Source: an uncultured Candidatus Saccharibacteria bacterium (lineage in GTDB: Bacteria > Patescibacteriota > Minisyncoccia > UBA6257 > Colwellbacteraceae). From it: DNA of 57,892 bases. Under the pieces are notes generated by a model. The model saw nothing but the letters and a program-made list of their open reading frames with translations. It did not search any database and was not told the origin of the DNA. The position numbers were made by a program, and so were the translations under genes. The stretch is taken from positions 1-57,892 of the forward strand of contig CAZMCG010000001.1 of assembly GCA_964565105.1 (NCBI GenBank), given 5' to 3'. Numbering within the stretch: position 1 is the first letter of the stretch; each line of letters starts with the position of its first letter. Below, piece by piece: positions 55,327-57,892 of this stretch.

Positions 55327-56037
55327 CTAAAACCGAATGTATGCATTCCAATATTCATAAAGCTCCTTTGTCGCGTGTAAATCTCTTGCATTATATCGCG
55401 CAATATCTTTATATTTTTTCTCATTAAAAAGCTCTGTTACATTGTCCCCAGAAACACCGGACGCCTTCGGGCTTTTAATGCCGAACGCGCGCGTAAAGGC
55501 ATGTAGTGTCTGCCTTCGAAAAGCGCCGTAAAAACTAAGTTGGTCTAACAAATCAACATGGAGAGCTCCAAACTTCTGGCTCCCAAGATAGCGGTTAGAC
55601 ATCAGGTCTTTTGTTGCGCGAATACCGTGAACCGCGGAACGAATTAGTATAAATGGAACATCAAATGTTCTACCAGCAAAACTTATAAGTTCATCATACT
55701 CCTTGACCCCATACCAAAATCTCTCTAACATCTCCTTCTCAGTTGTCGGCTTAAACTCGATGCCATCCTCTTCAAACGCCCCCATCTTTTCTCCTGGCGC
55801 CTGAAAATAAACAACTCCCCTGTCTTTATCGCAGTCAAGAATACCAATTGCAACAATCTGTGAAGTCGCGGGAGAAAAAACCGTTTCCATTTTCACCTTC
55901 TCAATCGCCTTTTCGTATTCAGGAGACCCCTCTATATACGACTGTGAAACCCAGCGCGTTAGTGTTTTTTGGGTCGTCTCATCAAGTGAATCAAAGTCTT
56001 CCCCAGCAGTTTCTATGTCAAAAACTAATTTAGCCAT
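55327..56037 (-). CDS. RNase H-fold 3'-5' exonuclease (PolB-exonuclease-like)
   Basis: The ExoI motif LVFDIETAG. Size and pattern match stand-alone DEDD exonucleases. Confidence 0.7.
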   Translation of the reverse strand: MAKLVFDIETAGEDFDSLDETTQKTLTRWVSQSYIEGSPEYEKAIEKVKMETVFSPATSQIVAIGILDCDKDRGVVYFQAPGEKMGAFEEDGIEFKPTTEKEMLERFWYGVKEYDELISFAGRTFDVPFILIRSAVHGIRATKDLMSNRYLGSQKFGALHVDLLDQLSFYGAFRRQTLHAFTRAFGIKSPKASGVSGDNVTELFNEKKYKDIARYNARDLHATKELYEYWNAYIRF

Positions 56038-56527
56038 TCTCAGTAAAGTTTAACACAAGATTTCGCTCCCGGGGGCCATCAAGCTCTATAAGCACAACCC
56101 TCTGCCATGTTCCGAGAACAAGCTCCCCGCCCCTCACCGGTACCAAGACCGAAGCTCCGATAAGCGAAGACATAATGTGATCCCCTACATGCTCTGGGTT
56201 GTGGGGGTGCCGATATTTTATTTTACCTGCCCCGCACCGAGTTTCTTGCCGTGAACCGAGTTTGTGCTCCCCGGCCTCGCCAAGCGAAGCGGGGCGGGCT
56301 GGTTCTGCGGCGCTCTTATGCGGTGGTACAATAGCCTCAAAAGCATCTAACATATCAAGATCCGTGCCCGGATCCAAATCTGCAGTAGTAAGCGCGGCGG
56401 TTGTGTGCGTTAGAAAAATATGACAAACACCACTTTTCGCGCTTATGTTTTTTAGAGCTTCCTGAACGCGCTGGGTAATATCAACGACTTCTTTTCTCTT
56501 GTTCGTAGAAACAAAGATTTCCATCAC
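56030..56527 (-). CDS. YjbQ/UPF0047-family protein carrying a ~34-aa GC-rich insertion
   Basis: Family motifs HTTAALT..D.D and GDHIMSSLIG.S...PV..G.L.LGTWQ.V.L.E.DGPR.R. The extra segment is HKSAAEPARPASLGEAGEHKLGSRQETRCGAGKI. Confidence 0.8.
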   Translation of the reverse strand: MMEIFVSTNKRKEVVDITQRVQEALKNISAKSGVCHIFLTHTTAALTTADLDPGTDLDMLDAFEAIVPPHKSAAEPARPASLGEAGEHKLGSRQETRCGAGKIKYRHPHNPEHVGDHIMSSLIGASVLVPVRGGELVLGTWQRVVLIELDGPRERNLVLNFTENG

Positions 56528-56808
56528 TTTTTGATTTCCTTTTCGTATTCTGAAAAGTAACGCGAGATTTCTCGCAGATTAAATTGCTTTAATATGGACT
56601 CTTTCGGCTCGCGAACAAGAAGAAATTTAAAAGATTTTTTTACTAAGTCAACAGGCACAATAACGCCATCGGTCAGATATTTATAATAATCCTCATCTAT
56701 TTCTACGCGATGAATTGTGGATGACTCGCCTTCACTAACAGTCACTTCAAAGGAATGTCGATTATCGTCCTTGTCAAGAAGCGAAACTTTAATCTCACTC
56801 ATTTCCAC
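56524..56808 (-). CDS. Hypothetical protein
   Basis: 94-aa ORF translationally coupled to both neighbours through 4-nt and 14-nt overlaps. Confidence 0.6.
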   Translation of the reverse strand: MEMSEIKVSLLDKDDNRHSFEVTVSEGESSTIHRVEIDEDYYKYLTDGVIVPVDLVKKSFKFLLVREPKESILKQFNLREISRYFSEYEKEIKK

Positions 56809-57889
56809 CTGAGAGATAAATAGTCTGCGTTGGATACGCCATTTCTATTCCGTACTTTTCAAATTCGTCCTTGATTCTAAAGTTCAATTCCTGCTTTACA
56901 TCCATGTAGGGCGGGTATTCAGGTGTCTCCACAAAGTACACAACTTCAAATATCAAAGCAAAATTATCAAACCGCGTAAAATGCGCCCTATCAAAACGCG
57001 CTTTATCCAAGGTATTAAAAATATCTCCTATGATGTCGGGAATCGCACGCAACTTTTTTCCCGAAGTTTCATAAACGATACCTAACTCAAACACGACGCG
57101 CCGTTCCTCCATCTGCTTAAAGTTTTGCAGGCGCACGGAAGTAAGCTCCTGATTTGAAATAACAAGCTCCTCGCCACCCAACGAGCGAAGCCGCGTAGTC
57201 TTAATACCGATACGCTCCACTGTCCCCTTGCTGGTATCACTAACCACGATGTAATCGCCAACCGCGAATGGCTTGTCAAAATAAATAGCAAAAGAGCTGA
57301 AGAGATCAGAAAGGATACTCTGTAGGGCAAAGGCAATCGCGATACCACCGATACCAAGTCCCGCAATAAGAGAGTTAATATTGATACCAAAATTGGAAAG
57401 AATAAGAAGGAGCCCAACTGTCCAAAGAATAATTTTCGCGATCTTACCAATAATATCTGTAGCAACTTTTGCGCTCTCATCTTCCTGCTTCGCAAGAGCC
57501 TTGTGCGCAATAAAGTCTATTAACACCTGCACAGCGTTAATCGCCTGGTAAACTACCCAGACGATGAGCACCATCGTCATAACTCGCTGCACCGTACTGT
57601 TTAACTCAAGAAAAAGCGTTATGGCGAAGTAAAATGCGATAAACGAATAGAACGGAGGTTTTACTGTATTTACGATACGGACAAGCGCATCGTCAATATC
57701 AGTCTTTGTTCGTTCGGCAAGACGCCTGAGGCGGTGCAAGACGCCCATCTGAATTAGTTTGAAAACAAGAAGAAAAACAGCAAGCGCAATAAACGCTATT
57801 ACATAATCCGCAAGTGAATTGTTCCAAATCTCGCGTAAGAGCGCCTCGGATTCTAAAAATCTTCGTAAAGTCTCAATAAGTTCCGTCAT
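56795..57889 (-). CDS. Small-conductance mechanosensitive channel (MscS family)
   Basis: Three or more N-terminal transmembrane segments, a pore helix LIAGLGIGGIAIAFALQ, and the beta-domain FAVGDYIVV....GTVERIG.KTTRLR. Confidence 0.9.
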   Translation of the reverse strand: MTELIETLRRFLESEALLREIWNNSLADYVIAFIALAVFLLVFKLIQMGVLHRLRRLAERTKTDIDDALVRIVNTVKPPFYSFIAFYFAITLFLELNSTVQRVMTMVLIVWVVYQAINAVQVLIDFIAHKALAKQEDESAKVATDIIGKIAKIILWTVGLLLILSNFGININSLIAGLGIGGIAIAFALQSILSDLFSSFAIYFDKPFAVGDYIVVSDTSKGTVERIGIKTTRLRSLGGEELVISNQELTSVRLQNFKQMEERRVVFELGIVYETSGKKLRAIPDIIGDIFNTLDKARFDRAHFTRFDNFALIFEVVYFVETPEYPPYMDVKQELNFRIKDEFEKYGIEMAYPTQTIYLSGGNE

Positions 57890-57892
57890 ATA

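Overview
57.9-kb window of a low-GC (by eye, high-30s %), tightly packed bacterial chromosome. The genes are short housekeeping genes: lower glycolysis (pgk, eno, a minimal pyk), cell wall and division (mraY, ftsW, murG, murB, a DD-carboxypeptidase, an M23 peptidase, ftsB-like), replication and repair (dnaX, dnaB, recR, nth, rnhA, scpAB, a xer-type recombinase), and translation (gltX, cysS, def, fmt, lepA, obg, hpf, rpmA, rplI, rplU, secA). Gene content and size resemble a reduced-genome Patescibacteria/CPR-type organism; this lineage call is inference only. Standard code 11 fits, since TAG, TAA and TGA all terminate long conserved ORFs. RNA genes found are two tRNA-Gln isoacceptors and an RNase P RNA of about 690 nt, which is unusually long. 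No rRNA or CRISPR array was seen. One IS481-family insertion sequence is present. The most unusual content is non-coding. It includes a family of GC-rich structured repeat elements (E1-E4) linked to the two tRNA-Gln genes, which carry sense and antisense copies of the tRNA-Gln T-arm/3' end. It also includes an orphan tRNA/tmRNA-like T-arm after the DEAD-box helicase gene and a ~350-nt GC-rich candidate ncRNA with its own promoter and terminator beside the IS. Other items are perfect tandem repeats of 79 bp x3 and 53 bp x2, a GC-rich in-frame insertion in a YjbQ-family gene, and several GC-rich orphan gene cassettes. All family assignments come from motif recognition by eye. No database search, folding program or statistic was run.
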